The notes beneath the pieces are model-generated. The model saw only the letters and a program-made list of their open reading frames with translations. It did not search any database and had not been told where the DNA came from. From Gemmatimonadales bacterium (GTDB taxonomy: Bacteria > Gemmatimonadota > Gemmatimonadetes > Gemmatimonadales > GWC2-71-9), in assembly GCA_036500345.1 (NCBI GenBank), contig DASYCE010000027.1, forward strand, positions 8,855-72,854: a DNA stretch of 64,000 bases, in the 5' to 3' direction. Both the position numbers and the translations under genes were made by a program. Positions 1-9,145 of the stretch are shown here, one piece after another (the stretch's first letter is position 1; every line of letters starts with the position of its first letter).

Positions 1-554
1 CCGAGCGACGCCTTCGCGACCGATGTCAGTGAGTCGGGGACCAGAATGCTCTCGGCGTGGCTGATGACGAACGCGACGCCGCGGAGGATCCACATCGTAC
101 CGAGCGTGATGATGAAGGAATGGACATTGAGTCCGACCACCATGATCCCGTTGGCGAGCCCGCAGAGGAATGAGACGACGAGGCAGGTGGCCAGGCCGAC
201 GGCGACAGTGAGGAGTCCGCTCATCGGACCGAGAGCGTGCAGCACCATCGCCATCACCACGCCGGCGAGCGCGTAGACGGCGCCGACGGAGAGATCGATC
301 CCGCCCGAAATGATCACCAGCGTGGCGCCGACGCCCATGATCGCGAAAGTGCTCGCGTCGGTGGCCATCTGGATCAGGGTGTGCGCATTGAGAAAGTTGT
401 TGACCGACGACCCGGTCATCGGGTCAACGTGCGAACCGGCAACCAGTGTGAGGACTGTGCCGAGGGCGAAGAGAACGATCACCAGCCCGGCAGATGGAGA
501 ACGCAGGAACGTTCGATACACGACGAGTGGACTCGGAGGTGTAAGCGCTTGCAA
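1..554 (-). CDS. Sugar ABC transporter permease (RbsC/AraH-type), N-terminal part; the gene runs off the window start
   Basis: Not in the ORF track because it is truncated. The minus-strand translation reads VYRTFLRSPSAGLVIVLFALGTVLTLVAG...TFAIMGVGATLVIISGGIDLSVGAVYALAGVVMAMVLH...FIITLGTMWILRGVAFVIS. The GGIDLSVG motif and TM pattern are typical of ribose/arabinose-type permeases. An in-frame stop lies at 579-581; the start is TTG 554 or GTG 521. Confidence 0.75.
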   Translation of the reverse strand, partial: MQALTPPSPLVVYRTFLRSPSAGLVIVLFALGTVLTLVAGSHVDPMTGSSVNNFLNAHTLIQMATDASTFAIMGVGATLVIISGGIDLSVGAVYALAGVVMAMVLHALGPMSGLLTVAVGLATCLVVSFLCGLANGIMVVGLNVHSFIITLGTMWILRGVAFVISHAESILVPDSLTSVAKASL

Positions 555-595
555 GACTAGGCCTTGGGAGGTAGTCTGTCAAATGGAGGGAGTCC

Positions 596-2053
596 ATGCC
601 ACTGCCGCTCTACCAGCCGCAGGTCACGTCGCGACCTGTGCCCGCACCACGCAAGATCACCTTCGGTCTCATCGTCGGTAACCGCGGCTTCTTCCCGCAA
701 CATCTCGCGCTGGACGGCAGGAAGGAGATCGTTGCTGCGCTCGAAGCGGAGGGATTTGCCGTCATCGTGATCGATGCCGGCGACGCGCGCCACGGAGCGA
801 TCGAGTCGCGTGACGAGGCGAAGGCGTGCGCGGCGCTCTTTCGCGACCATCGCGACGCGATCGACGGCATCATCGTCACCCTCCCCAACTTCGGGGACGA
901 ACGAGCGGTCGCCGAGACATTGCGCCTCGCCGACCTTCGCGTGCCGGTGCTGATCCACGCAATGGCCGATGCTCCCGACCGGATGACGATTCGCGACCGG
1001 CGCGATTCGTTCTGCGGCAAGATCTCGGTCTGCAATGTGCTTTCGCAGTACCGGATCCCCTATTCGTTGACGACACGGCACACCGATCGGCCGGGAACGG
1101 CGACGTTCCGCGCAGATGTGCAGAAGTTCGCGGCGGTCTGCCGCGTGGTGAAGGGGCTGCGCACCGCGCGGATCGGCGCCATCGGCGCGCGGCCCGCGGC
1201 GTTCAAGACGGTGCGCTACAGCGAGAAGATCCTCGAGGCGAGCGGGATCGCCGTCGAGCCGATCGACCTGTCGGAGATTCTGGGCCGCACGGACCGGATG
1301 GCCGACGATGCGCCGGCGGCGACGCGCAAGCTTGCGATGATTCGCGAGTATGTCCCCACCGACGGCATTCCGGAGCCCGCGCTCGTCAAGATGGCGAAAC
1401 TCGGCGCCGTGATCGACGGTTGGATGCGCGAGGCGGATGTGACCGTGAGCGCCGTGCAATGCTGGACGTCGCTGGAGGAGTTCTTCGGCGTGGTGCCGTG
1501 TACGCTGATGAGCATGATGAGCAACGACCTCTTCCCGAGTGCCTGCGAGGTCGATGTCTGCGGAACGCTGAGCATGTATGCGCTGTCTCTCGCGTCGGAA
1601 TCGCCGAGTGCTCTGCTCGACTGGAACAACAACTACGGCGACGATCCCGACAAGGCGGTCTGTTTTCATTGCAGCAACCTGCCGAAGCACTTCTTCGATG
1701 ACGTGAAGATGGACTACCAGGAAATCATCGCCGGCACGGTGGGGAAGGAGAACACCTGGGGGACGTGCGTCGGCCATGTGCGCGCGAGCCCGATGTCGTT
1801 CGCCCGGTTCTCGACCGATGACCTGACCGGGAAGATCCGGGGGTACGTCGGCGAGGGGCGCTTTACCGATGATCCGCTCGATACCTTCGGCGGCGCCGGC
1901 GTGGTGGAGATTCCACATTTGCAGGAATTGCTGCGCTACATCTGCACCAATGGATTCGAGCATCACGTCGCGGCGAATCTCTCGACCGTCGCCGATGCGC
2001 TGCATGAAGCTGCGACGACGTACATGCAATGGGACGTGGTACGGCATCGATGA
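596..2053 (+). CDS. L-fucose/L-arabinose isomerase family protein (FucI-like sugar isomerase)
   Basis: 485-aa ORF. GGAGGG SD 7 nt upstream of ATG 596. The sequence (FGLIVGNRGFFP..., LPNFGDE, CEVDVCG, HHVA) looks like the FucI/AraA superfamily. Its stop overlaps the araB start (ATGA at 2050-2053). Confidence 0.8.
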   Translation: MPLPLYQPQVTSRPVPAPRKITFGLIVGNRGFFPQHLALDGRKEIVAALEAEGFAVIVIDAGDARHGAIESRDEAKACAALFRDHRDAIDGIIVTLPNFGDERAVAETLRLADLRVPVLIHAMADAPDRMTIRDRRDSFCGKISVCNVLSQYRIPYSLTTRHTDRPGTATFRADVQKFAAVCRVVKGLRTARIGAIGARPAAFKTVRYSEKILEASGIAVEPIDLSEILGRTDRMADDAPAATRKLAMIREYVPTDGIPEPALVKMAKLGAVIDGWMREADVTVSAVQCWTSLEEFFGVVPCTLMSMMSNDLFPSACEVDVCGTLSMYALSLASESPSALLDWNNNYGDDPDKAVCFHCSNLPKHFFDDVKMDYQEIIAGTVGKENTWGTCVGHVRASPMSFARFSTDDLTGKIRGYVGEGRFTDDPLDTFGGAGVVEIPHLQELLRYICTNGFEHHVAANLSTVADALHEAATTYMQWDVVRHR

Positions 2054-3633
2054 CTGTCGTCGCAGGCGTCGATTTCGGCACCCAGAGCGTACGCGTCTCG
2101 ATCGTGGATCACCTCGAAGGTGTGGTCGGGTTCGGCGTGGCCGAATATCCGATCAATCGCGACCGTTCCGACCCTGATTTTGCAACGCAATCGCACCAGG
2201 CGCACATGGGAGCCCTGGTGGATGCGATGCGAGTTGCGCTCGCCGACGCGAAAATCGACGGCTCGGCGATCCAGGCGCTGGCGCTCGATACCACCGGATC
2301 GACCGTTGTCATCGTGGGGAAGAATCTCGAGCCGCTCGACGACTACTACCTCTGGTGCGATCATCGTGCGGCGGCTGAAGCGGCGCGGATCACCGAGATC
2401 GCGCACGACCTCGACCTTCCCGCCATCCGCGCCTGCGGCGGCGTCTACTCATCGGAGTGGGGCTTCGCCAAACTCCTCCACTGGCTGCGGCATCATCCCG
2501 ATTCGCGCGGCGACGTGGTCACCGCGCTCGAGCACTGCGACATGGTCGCCGCGGTCCTGTGCGGGGTCACCGACGTAGATGCGCTGCCACGATCGGTCTG
2601 TGCCATGGGCCACAAGTGGCTCTGGAGCGAAGCCGATGGCGGCCTCCCGCCGGAATCGTTTCTCAATGCGGTCGATCCGTTGCTGGCCGGAATGCGCGGC
2701 AAGCTTGGCGGCCGATACGAACGGTCGGATCGGATCGCCGGCAAGCTCACGCCGCACTGGGCGAAGACCCTTGGGCTCCGGCCGGGGATTCCCATTCCGG
2801 TCGGCGCGTTCGACGCGCACTGGGACGCGATCGGCGCCGGGATCGCGGTCGGCGACGTCGTCAACGTCCTCGGCACCGCGACGTGCACCATGGCGATCGC
2901 CGAATCGACCGGCGAGATCCCGGGATTGTGCGGCATCGTTCCCGGCTCGATCCATCCCGACTACGTCGGCATCGAGGCGGGGCTTTCTGCCACCGGCTAC
3001 CTGTTCGAATCAATTGCCCGGCGCTCGAACACGACCGTCGCCGCGCTCGGTCCCGAGGTCGAACGGTACCGCGCCGGCGAGACCGGGCTCTTGCGGCTCA
3101 CGTGGGACAACGGTGATCGGACCGTCCTGGTGAACCCCGCGCTCGGCGGCGTCACGCTCGGCTGGAATCTCAATCACACCGCCGCGGACGAGCTCTTCGC
3201 TGCGATCGAAGGGACGGCGTTCCATACCCGCGTGATCCTCGAGCGGATGAGCGAGCATGGCGTGCCGATTCACCGGATGATTCACGGCGGCGGGATTCCG
3301 CAGAAGAACGACGCGCTGAATCGCATCTATGCCAGCGTGATGAACAAGCCTGTGCTGGTGCCGGAGCGACCGATCACGTCGCTTGGGTCCGCGATGTTTG
3401 CGTGCGTCGCCGCCGGACTGCATCCGACGATCGAGGCGGCGCAGCGCGCGCTCTGCCCGCCGTACCGCGTCGTGCTCCCCGATGCGGCCGCCGTGGAGAC
3501 GTACGACCGGCTCTTCGCGCACTGGCGCTCGCTATACTATTCGTTGGGACAGCAGGGCTCGGAGCCGGTGGCGGTTGGAACGATCCTTCCCGACCTCCGG
3601 GAGATTGCCCGGAACGCGAGAGCCCGGGCGTAA
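2050..3633 (+). CDS. araB: Ribulokinase (FGGY carbohydrate kinase)
   Basis: The N-terminus MTVVAGVDFGTQSVRVSIVD and the FGGY-kinase pattern run throughout the protein. ATG 2050 overlaps the upstream stop. The ORF-track start at 2029 is probably a spurious extension. Confidence 0.85.
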   Translation: MTVVAGVDFGTQSVRVSIVDHLEGVVGFGVAEYPINRDRSDPDFATQSHQAHMGALVDAMRVALADAKIDGSAIQALALDTTGSTVVIVGKNLEPLDDYYLWCDHRAAAEAARITEIAHDLDLPAIRACGGVYSSEWGFAKLLHWLRHHPDSRGDVVTALEHCDMVAAVLCGVTDVDALPRSVCAMGHKWLWSEADGGLPPESFLNAVDPLLAGMRGKLGGRYERSDRIAGKLTPHWAKTLGLRPGIPIPVGAFDAHWDAIGAGIAVGDVVNVLGTATCTMAIAESTGEIPGLCGIVPGSIHPDYVGIEAGLSATGYLFESIARRSNTTVAALGPEVERYRAGETGLLRLTWDNGDRTVLVNPALGGVTLGWNLNHTAADELFAAIEGTAFHTRVILERMSEHGVPIHRMIHGGGIPQKNDALNRIYASVMNKPVLVPERPITSLGSAMFACVAAGLHPTIEAAQRALCPPYRVVLPDAAAVETYDRLFAHWRSLYYSLGQQGSEPVAVGTILPDLREIARNARARA

Positions 3634-3640
3634 GGGGCGC

Positions 3641-5038
3641 TCAGCTCCCTCCCCCGACGTCGGGCTCCGGCGGCGGCAACATCCGCTGCGGATTCGCCAG
3701 TATCGTGGCAGCGGGCGCCGCTGCCGCCGCGAGGAGATCATCGACTCTTCGCGTCACCGTCGCGATCCGCCATACGTAGCCACTTCCCGAATTATATGCC
3801 GCGCCGGAATACCAGAAAGTGACCGTGTTCGCCGCCGGATCGAGAAGGAAGGTCGAACGGTAGATGATGTCGGCGAGCGCATCGATCACGCCGCGCCGCG
3901 CGATCGGCGACGGAAAGGTCTGCCAGTGCGTCCCGTCGTGACTCACCGCCATGTACAGTGCGTCGGTCGTGCACGTGCCGCCATGCGCATACGTGTTGTA
4001 AACTGCCCAGTATTCACCGCGCCCCGGCAGCCACTGCACATCGATGTGCCAGATATTGACCCCGGGCTGCGCGAGGCCGGCAGCTGTCGGTGCGTTCCAG
4101 TGCACGCCATCGCTGGACGTCCGGAGTTCGACCGTTGTCGCGGTCGCATCGCATCCGGCTGGCCCCGAATTGACCGACCACATCGCCCACGCGCCGAGTG
4201 GTGAACCACGCACTACGGCAGGAGAGACGATCTGGTGGCTCGGTGCCGAGGCAACGACCGTTGGCGCACTCCAATGCACGCCATCGGCGCTGCGGACCAG
4301 CCGCACCCGGTTTGCCCCATCGGCGACTTCGCGATAGTAGAGCCAGAGTTCGTTCGTCGCCGGGTTGAAGACGATGTCGGGGTCGGAGAGGTAGGCGCCG
4401 TTCGCGGGATGATCGATCGGATTCATCAGGCCGAGCGGGACCGTCCAGCCGATCGCGTCGGCGCTCTGGAAGAGGGACGGGTTTTCGAAGTTGGCATTTC
4501 CGCCGGGGTACGGCGTCGCCGCAAGCCAGTATCCACCGGTGAATCCGGGCGCGACGACCACGTCGGGGTGCACAGCCTGACCCGAGCCTTCGTAGGTCGA
4601 GAGTGGTACCAGCGACACCAGGTCGAGCGGGTGCACCGGATCGCAGGGGCCGGCGCAGGCGAGCGCGGTCGATCGAAGCCCGGTCTTCGCCGCAACGCGC
4701 GCTTCGATCTGCTGCCGGCCGGGGTCGGGACCGAGTTTCCAGGTGGTGCCGACGATGCCATCGGCGCCTGTGGTCGCATCGGACGTCGTCACGTTGCCGC
4801 CGCCGGTCACGACGTCGATTGCGACCTCGATGCCACCGACCGGTGCGCCCGCAGCGTCGACGACTTCGAACCGCACGGCGTCGCTCAGCGTGCTGCTGGG
4901 CGGCCCCTGCTGCGCATCGCCCGCGATAACGAGAATCCCGCTCGCATCGTCGACAGGAGAATGAATGGTGACTGGGTTGTCGGAACAGGCAGTTGTTGCC
5001 GTGATGCAGAGGGCGAGGGCGATGAGACAGCGGTGCAT
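3641..5038 (-). CDS. Lipoprotein with an N-terminal bacterial Ig-like domain and a BNR/Asp-box beta-propeller (putative glycoside hydrolase)
   Basis: Lipobox LALCITATTAC. The Ig-like segment is ILVIAGDAQQGPP...WKLGP. There are three Asp-boxes: SADGVHWS, SSDGVHWN, SHDGTHWQ. A paralogue lies at 63684-64000. Confidence 0.75.
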   Translation of the reverse strand: MHRCLIALALCITATTACSDNPVTIHSPVDDASGILVIAGDAQQGPPSSTLSDAVRFEVVDAAGAPVGGIEVAIDVVTGGGNVTTSDATTGADGIVGTTWKLGPDPGRQQIEARVAAKTGLRSTALACAGPCDPVHPLDLVSLVPLSTYEGSGQAVHPDVVVAPGFTGGYWLAATPYPGGNANFENPSLFQSADAIGWTVPLGLMNPIDHPANGAYLSDPDIVFNPATNELWLYYREVADGANRVRLVRSADGVHWSAPTVVASAPSHQIVSPAVVRGSPLGAWAMWSVNSGPAGCDATATTVELRTSSDGVHWNAPTAAGLAQPGVNIWHIDVQWLPGRGEYWAVYNTYAHGGTCTTDALYMAVSHDGTHWQTFPSPIARRGVIDALADIIYRSTFLLDPAANTVTFWYSGAAYNSGSGYVWRIATVTRRVDDLLAAAAAPAATILANPQRMLPPPEPDVGGGS

Positions 5039-5089
5039 ATTGTACTAGACCCGCAGATCGTGTCGCGGGTCACAGCAGGTCCTCGTACG

Positions 5090-5782
5090 TCACCGCTGTC
5101 CGTAATACGCGTCCTTCCCGTGCTTCCGGAAAAAGTGCCGGTCGCGGAGCGCCGTCGAGATCCCGGCCGCCTCGGCGTTGATCATCATCGTGTGATACGC
5201 CATCGCGGCGACCTCTTCGAGCACCTGGGCGGTGTGCACCGCCGCTCCCACGGATTTGCCCCAGCAGAACGGTGCGTGACCGGCAACAAGGACAGCCGGC
5301 ATTGTCGCTGCATCAAGGGTCTCGAACCGTTCGATGATCGCCGTTCCGGTGTTCGCCTCGTATTCGCCGTCAATCGAATGCGGCTCCATCGGCGCTGTCA
5401 CCGGCACGGGACCGTGGAAATAGTCGGCATGCGTGGTGCCGAGACACGGGATCTCGCGCTCGGCCTGGGCCCAGGCGGTGGCAAAGTGCGAGTGCGTATG
5501 AACGATGCCGCCAATGCCTGGGAACGCGCGGTACAATGCGACATGCGTCGCGAGATCGGACGAGGGACGGAGCGAACCCTCCGCAACGCGACCGTCGAGG
5601 TCGGTGACGACCATCGAGCTGGGCGTGAGCTCGTCATATGGCACGCCGCTCGGTTTGATCACGATCGCGCCGGCGGCGCGGTCGATCGCGCTGGCATTGC
5701 CGAAGGTGAACCGCGCCAGCCCGCTGGTCGCCAGCGCGAGATTGGCGCGGAGAACCTCATCCCGGAGGGTGTCAACCGTCAC
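5090..5782 (-). CDS. araD: L-ribulose-5-phosphate 4-epimerase (class II aldolase/adducin family)
   Basis: Motifs FTFGNASAIDR, IKPSGVPYD, GIVHTHSHFATAWAQ. GTG 5782 lies 1 nt downstream of the mutarotase stop (5784-5786). The ORF-track 5' extension to 5986 overlaps galM and is rejected. Confidence 0.9.
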   Translation of the reverse strand: MTVDTLRDEVLRANLALATSGLARFTFGNASAIDRAAGAIVIKPSGVPYDELTPSSMVVTDLDGRVAEGSLRPSSDLATHVALYRAFPGIGGIVHTHSHFATAWAQAEREIPCLGTTHADYFHGPVPVTAPMEPHSIDGEYEANTGTAIIERFETLDAATMPAVLVAGHAPFCWGKSVGAAVHTAQVLEEVAAMAYHTMMINAEAAGISTALRDRHFFRKHGKDAYYGQR

Positions 5783-5783
5783 G

Positions 5784-6944
5784 TCACTGCTCCACGCCGA
5801 AGGCGAAGATGGTTCGCGACGCAAACTCCTGCGCGGGGCGCAGGATCGTCGACGGAAAGTTGGCGTGATTGGGCGAGTCAGGGAAATGCTGGGTCTCGAG
5901 CGCGAACCCGCTCCGACGGGCGTAGACAACGCCGCCCTTACCGGTGATCGACCCGTCGAGGAAGTTGCCGGTGTAGAACTGCACACCGGGTTGGGTACTC
6001 GACACCGTGAGGACCCGCCGGGTCGCCGGATCGACGACCTTTGCGACCAGCGTGAGGGTGGTGTCGCTGGTGCGATTGATCACGAAGTTGTGGTCGTAAC
6101 CGTGCCCGTTCCTGATCTGCGGATCGGCACTGTCGATTCGTGCGCCGATCGCGGTCGGCGTGCGGAAATCGAAGGGAGTCCCCGCTACGGACGCGAGCTC
6201 GCCGGTGGGGATCAGCGTCGAATCGACGGGCGTGTACCGATCAGCATTGAGCGTGAGGACTTCGCCGAGGATGTTGCCGTGCCCGGTGAGGTTGAAATAC
6301 GAGTGGTTGGTGAGATTGAGCGGCGTCGCCTTGTCGGTGGCGGCGTGATAGTCGATGACCAGTTCGTTCGACTCGCGAAGAGTGTACGTCACCCGTGCCT
6401 GCAGCGTTCCGGGATATCCCTGATCTCCATCGGGAGAGGTATGGCTCAGGACGACACCCACTTCGCTGTCACGGGTGAATGGGGCCGCCGCCCAGACGAC
6501 CTTGTCGAACCCGCGCAGGCCGCCGTGCAGCGCGTTGGGGCCGTTGTTGGTGTCGAGATGATACGTCTCACCGTCAAGCGTGAAGCGGCCGTGGGCGATG
6601 CGATTGCCGTAGCGGCCGACGAGCGCGCCGAAGTACGGTGAGCTGCGGAGATATCCCGCCAGCGAATCGTAACCGAGCACCACATCGCCGATCGCGCCGC
6701 TCCTGTCCGGCACATCGATCGACTGGATGATCCCGCCGTATGTCATGATCCGGACGGTCATGCCGCGACCGTTCGACAGCGTGTACAGCGTGACCGAATC
6801 GCCGCCGGGAAGCGTTCCGAACGGCGCGCTCGTGATGGTTGGACGTGTCATCGCATGATCGGCCGAAGGGGATACCGGATGGCTGCACGCGATGAGTGCC
6901 ACCGCGGCAAGGGAGAGAGCGATCGTGCCTGCGGAATGTCTCAC
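5784..6944 (-). CDS. galM: Aldose 1-epimerase (mutarotase), lipoprotein
   Basis: Lipobox ALIAC. Typical mutarotase blocks are present: GYDSLAGYL, FGALVGRYGNRIA, NGPNALHGG, NLTNHSYFNL, ETQHFPDSPN. The GTG start overlaps the GH2 stop (GTGA). Confidence 0.9.
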   Translation of the reverse strand: MRHSAGTIALSLAAVALIACSHPVSPSADHAMTRPTITSAPFGTLPGGDSVTLYTLSNGRGMTVRIMTYGGIIQSIDVPDRSGAIGDVVLGYDSLAGYLRSSPYFGALVGRYGNRIAHGRFTLDGETYHLDTNNGPNALHGGLRGFDKVVWAAAPFTRDSEVGVVLSHTSPDGDQGYPGTLQARVTYTLRESNELVIDYHAATDKATPLNLTNHSYFNLTGHGNILGEVLTLNADRYTPVDSTLIPTGELASVAGTPFDFRTPTAIGARIDSADPQIRNGHGYDHNFVINRTSDTTLTLVAKVVDPATRRVLTVSSTQPGVQFYTGNFLDGSITGKGGVVYARRSGFALETQHFPDSPNHANFPSTILRPAQEFASRTIFAFGVEQ

Positions 6945-9145
6945 GGAGTGATGACCTCATCGAGCCCGAGATCGATATACTGACCGCCACGCGTCTGGCG
7001 CACGTGAACGGCGAGGACGTTGTCGCCCTGATGCAGTTGCGCCCGGGCCGCTGCATCGAGCGGGAGGCGCACATATCCGGAGGTATATCCCGGGAGCCGC
7101 GCCACGAGCGCGCCGTTGACGTAGATGTCGGCGTCCTCGTCGTGATGCACGCGCCATTGCAGTTCGGCGCCGGGGACGGACGTCAGCGTGAAATGCCGTC
7201 GCATCCAGATATCGCCGGTATTCCAGGTCGTCCGCACGACGGCACCCGGGGTTCCGGTGGTGCCGAACCCGCCCGGGCCCTGCTTCCAGCCCCGATCATC
7301 GAATGTTGGGGCGAACCATGATGTATCTGGTGCCATCGCGGTATATCGCCATGGCTGTCCGGTTCGCTGTGACGTCTCCACCAACGGACGCGCGCGAGGC
7401 GGTGGCTGCCAGAGCGTCGTCGCGGCAGCTGCGGCTTCGGGCGGCAGCTTGATCACCGCGCGATCATACGTCATGAGGCCGTTCACTTCGATTTCGACGT
7501 CGGTCGTCTGCGTGTACACCGCGGCGGACAGCCCGTCGGCGATCAGCCAGCGGAGTTGGTCGAGCAGCCCGCGATATGCCTGGCCGAGATCGGCCTGCGA
7601 CGTGAACGAGCGGTATCCCCAGTTGTTGCGATCGAGCCAGGTATGACCTTCCAGCGGCAGGCCGAGTCCGCCGAATTCTCCGAGCACCGCGGCGCGCGTC
7701 GGCTCCGTTGGCGGCATCCCGGGGCCGGGGTAGTCATGGAGATCGATCACGTCGCCGACCAGCCGGTCGGTCCAGCCGCTGGCGTCGTCGACGAGGCGTG
7801 TGGGGTCATATCCCTTGATCCACCCGACATAATGTTCGACGTCGTGCTCGCCCCATCCCTCGTTGAACGGCACCCACATCACGATCGACGGGTGATCGCG
7901 CAGCGACGCAACGACACGATGCAATTCCCGCTCGAACTCCGCTTTCCCGCCGTCGGTATTGTTGTCGCCGCTCGGCATGTCCTGCCACACCAGCATTCCC
8001 ATGCTGTCAGCGTCGCGGTACCAGCGCTCCGGTTCGACCTTCACGTGCTTGCGGATCATGTTGAAGCCGAGCGACTTCATCGTGGCGATGTCGAAGCGGC
8101 GCGCGTCCTCGGTGGGCGCGGTGTAGAGGCCGTCGGGCCACCATCCCTGATCGAGCATCCCGTACTCGAAGAGCGGATGATTGTTGAGAAAGAGGCGCAT
8201 CACACCGGCGCTGTCGCGGGCGACGGCGATCTTCCGCATCCCGAAGTAGCTCGTGACGGTATCGCCGCCGGCAACGGTCAGGCGGAGGTCGTAGAGGAAC
8301 GGATCGGAGGGCGACCAGAGGTGTGCGGCCGGAACGTGAAGAACGAGCGGCGAGGCGACCGTTCCCGTCGTCGTGGCGATCGATTGACCCGCGGACAGCA
8401 CCTGCGCGGTGATCCGCGCGGTGCCGTTCTCGCCGGCGAGCGCGGTGTGGATCGTCACGGTGCCCGCGTCGATGTCGGGTACGGCGATGAGCGAGTCGAG
8501 ATACGTGGCGCGCACCGGTTCGAGCCAGACGGTCTGCCAGATCCCGGTGACGGCGGTGTACCAGATCGACTTGGGCGTGAGGACCTGCTTGCCGCGTGGC
8601 TGCGGGCCGTGATCGGTCGGATCCCACACGGCGACGGTCAATTCCTGATTGGCGCCGGCGCGAAGCGCACTGGTGATGTCGACGGTGAACGGATCATAGC
8701 CACCGCGATGCTCGATCACCTGCGTGCCGTTCACGTAGATCGTCGCGTCCCAGTCGACTGCGCCGAAATGCAGCAGCAGCGCGCCACCACGCGAAATCTC
8801 CGGCGCCGTGAACGTGTGATGGTACCAGAGTCGCTGTGAATCGGACACGCTCCGCTCGACGCCGCTCAATTGCGACTGCACCGGGAACGGCACGACGATC
8901 GATCCGTCCCACGCGACCGGATGGTCGACGTCGCGCGATGTGATCGCGTACTCCCAGCGTCCGTTGAGATTGACCCAGTCGCGCCGAAGCAGCTGCGGGC
9001 GCGGGTATTCCGGGAGCGGATGATCGGCGTTGACCTGCGCGGCCCAGCGCGTGCGCAACGGAGCGTGCGCCACCTGCGCGTGAACCGGAGCGATACACGC
9101 CGCGGTAAGCAGTGCCGCGCCGGCAGTGCGCCTGACGGCCCACAT
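6941..9145 (-). CDS. Glycoside hydrolase family 2 protein (beta-galactosidase/beta-mannosidase-like), secreted
   Basis: Signal peptide MWAVRRTAGAALLTAACIAPVHAQ. GH2 sugar-binding and TIM-barrel blocks are present: WYHHTF, IYVNG, GFNMIRKHVKVE, WVPFNEGWGE. ATG 9145 shares 1 nt with the upstream stop. The ORF-track extension to 9415 is rejected. Confidence 0.85.
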   Translation of the reverse strand: MWAVRRTAGAALLTAACIAPVHAQVAHAPLRTRWAAQVNADHPLPEYPRPQLLRRDWVNLNGRWEYAITSRDVDHPVAWDGSIVVPFPVQSQLSGVERSVSDSQRLWYHHTFTAPEISRGGALLLHFGAVDWDATIYVNGTQVIEHRGGYDPFTVDITSALRAGANQELTVAVWDPTDHGPQPRGKQVLTPKSIWYTAVTGIWQTVWLEPVRATYLDSLIAVPDIDAGTVTIHTALAGENGTARITAQVLSAGQSIATTTGTVASPLVLHVPAAHLWSPSDPFLYDLRLTVAGGDTVTSYFGMRKIAVARDSAGVMRLFLNNHPLFEYGMLDQGWWPDGLYTAPTEDARRFDIATMKSLGFNMIRKHVKVEPERWYRDADSMGMLVWQDMPSGDNNTDGGKAEFERELHRVVASLRDHPSIVMWVPFNEGWGEHDVEHYVGWIKGYDPTRLVDDASGWTDRLVGDVIDLHDYPGPGMPPTEPTRAAVLGEFGGLGLPLEGHTWLDRNNWGYRSFTSQADLGQAYRGLLDQLRWLIADGLSAAVYTQTTDVEIEVNGLMTYDRAVIKLPPEAAAAATTLWQPPPRARPLVETSQRTGQPWRYTAMAPDTSWFAPTFDDRGWKQGPGGFGTTGTPGAVVRTTWNTGDIWMRRHFTLTSVPGAELQWRVHHDEDADIYVNGALVARLPGYTSGYVRLPLDAAARAQLHQGDNVLAVHVRQTRGGQYIDLGLDEVITP

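Noticed and set aside
557-2047. 496-aa ORF antisense to the FucI-like isomerase gene
   Set aside because: It has Arg/Ala/His-rich, low-complexity composition typical of shadow frames in GC-rich DNA. It completely overlaps a gene with clear family motifs and a good SD.
3641-3700. PPPEPDVGG tail as a PEP-CTERM sorting signal
   Set aside because: PEP-CTERM requires a hydrophobic TM helix and a basic cluster after the PEP motif. Here the protein ends 3-6 residues after the motif.
5048-5071. Hairpin gacccgc-N10-gcgggtc between araD and the BNR lipoprotein gene
   Set aside because: The stem is only 7 bp with no U-tract, and at this GC content such pairings arise by chance. The evidence is insufficient for a terminator or regulatory call.
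4235-5947. 570-aa plus-strand ORF spanning the BNR lipoprotein and araD loci
   Set aside because: It is antisense to two well-supported genes, Arg/Gly/Asp-rich, and has no motifs. It is a GC-driven open frame.
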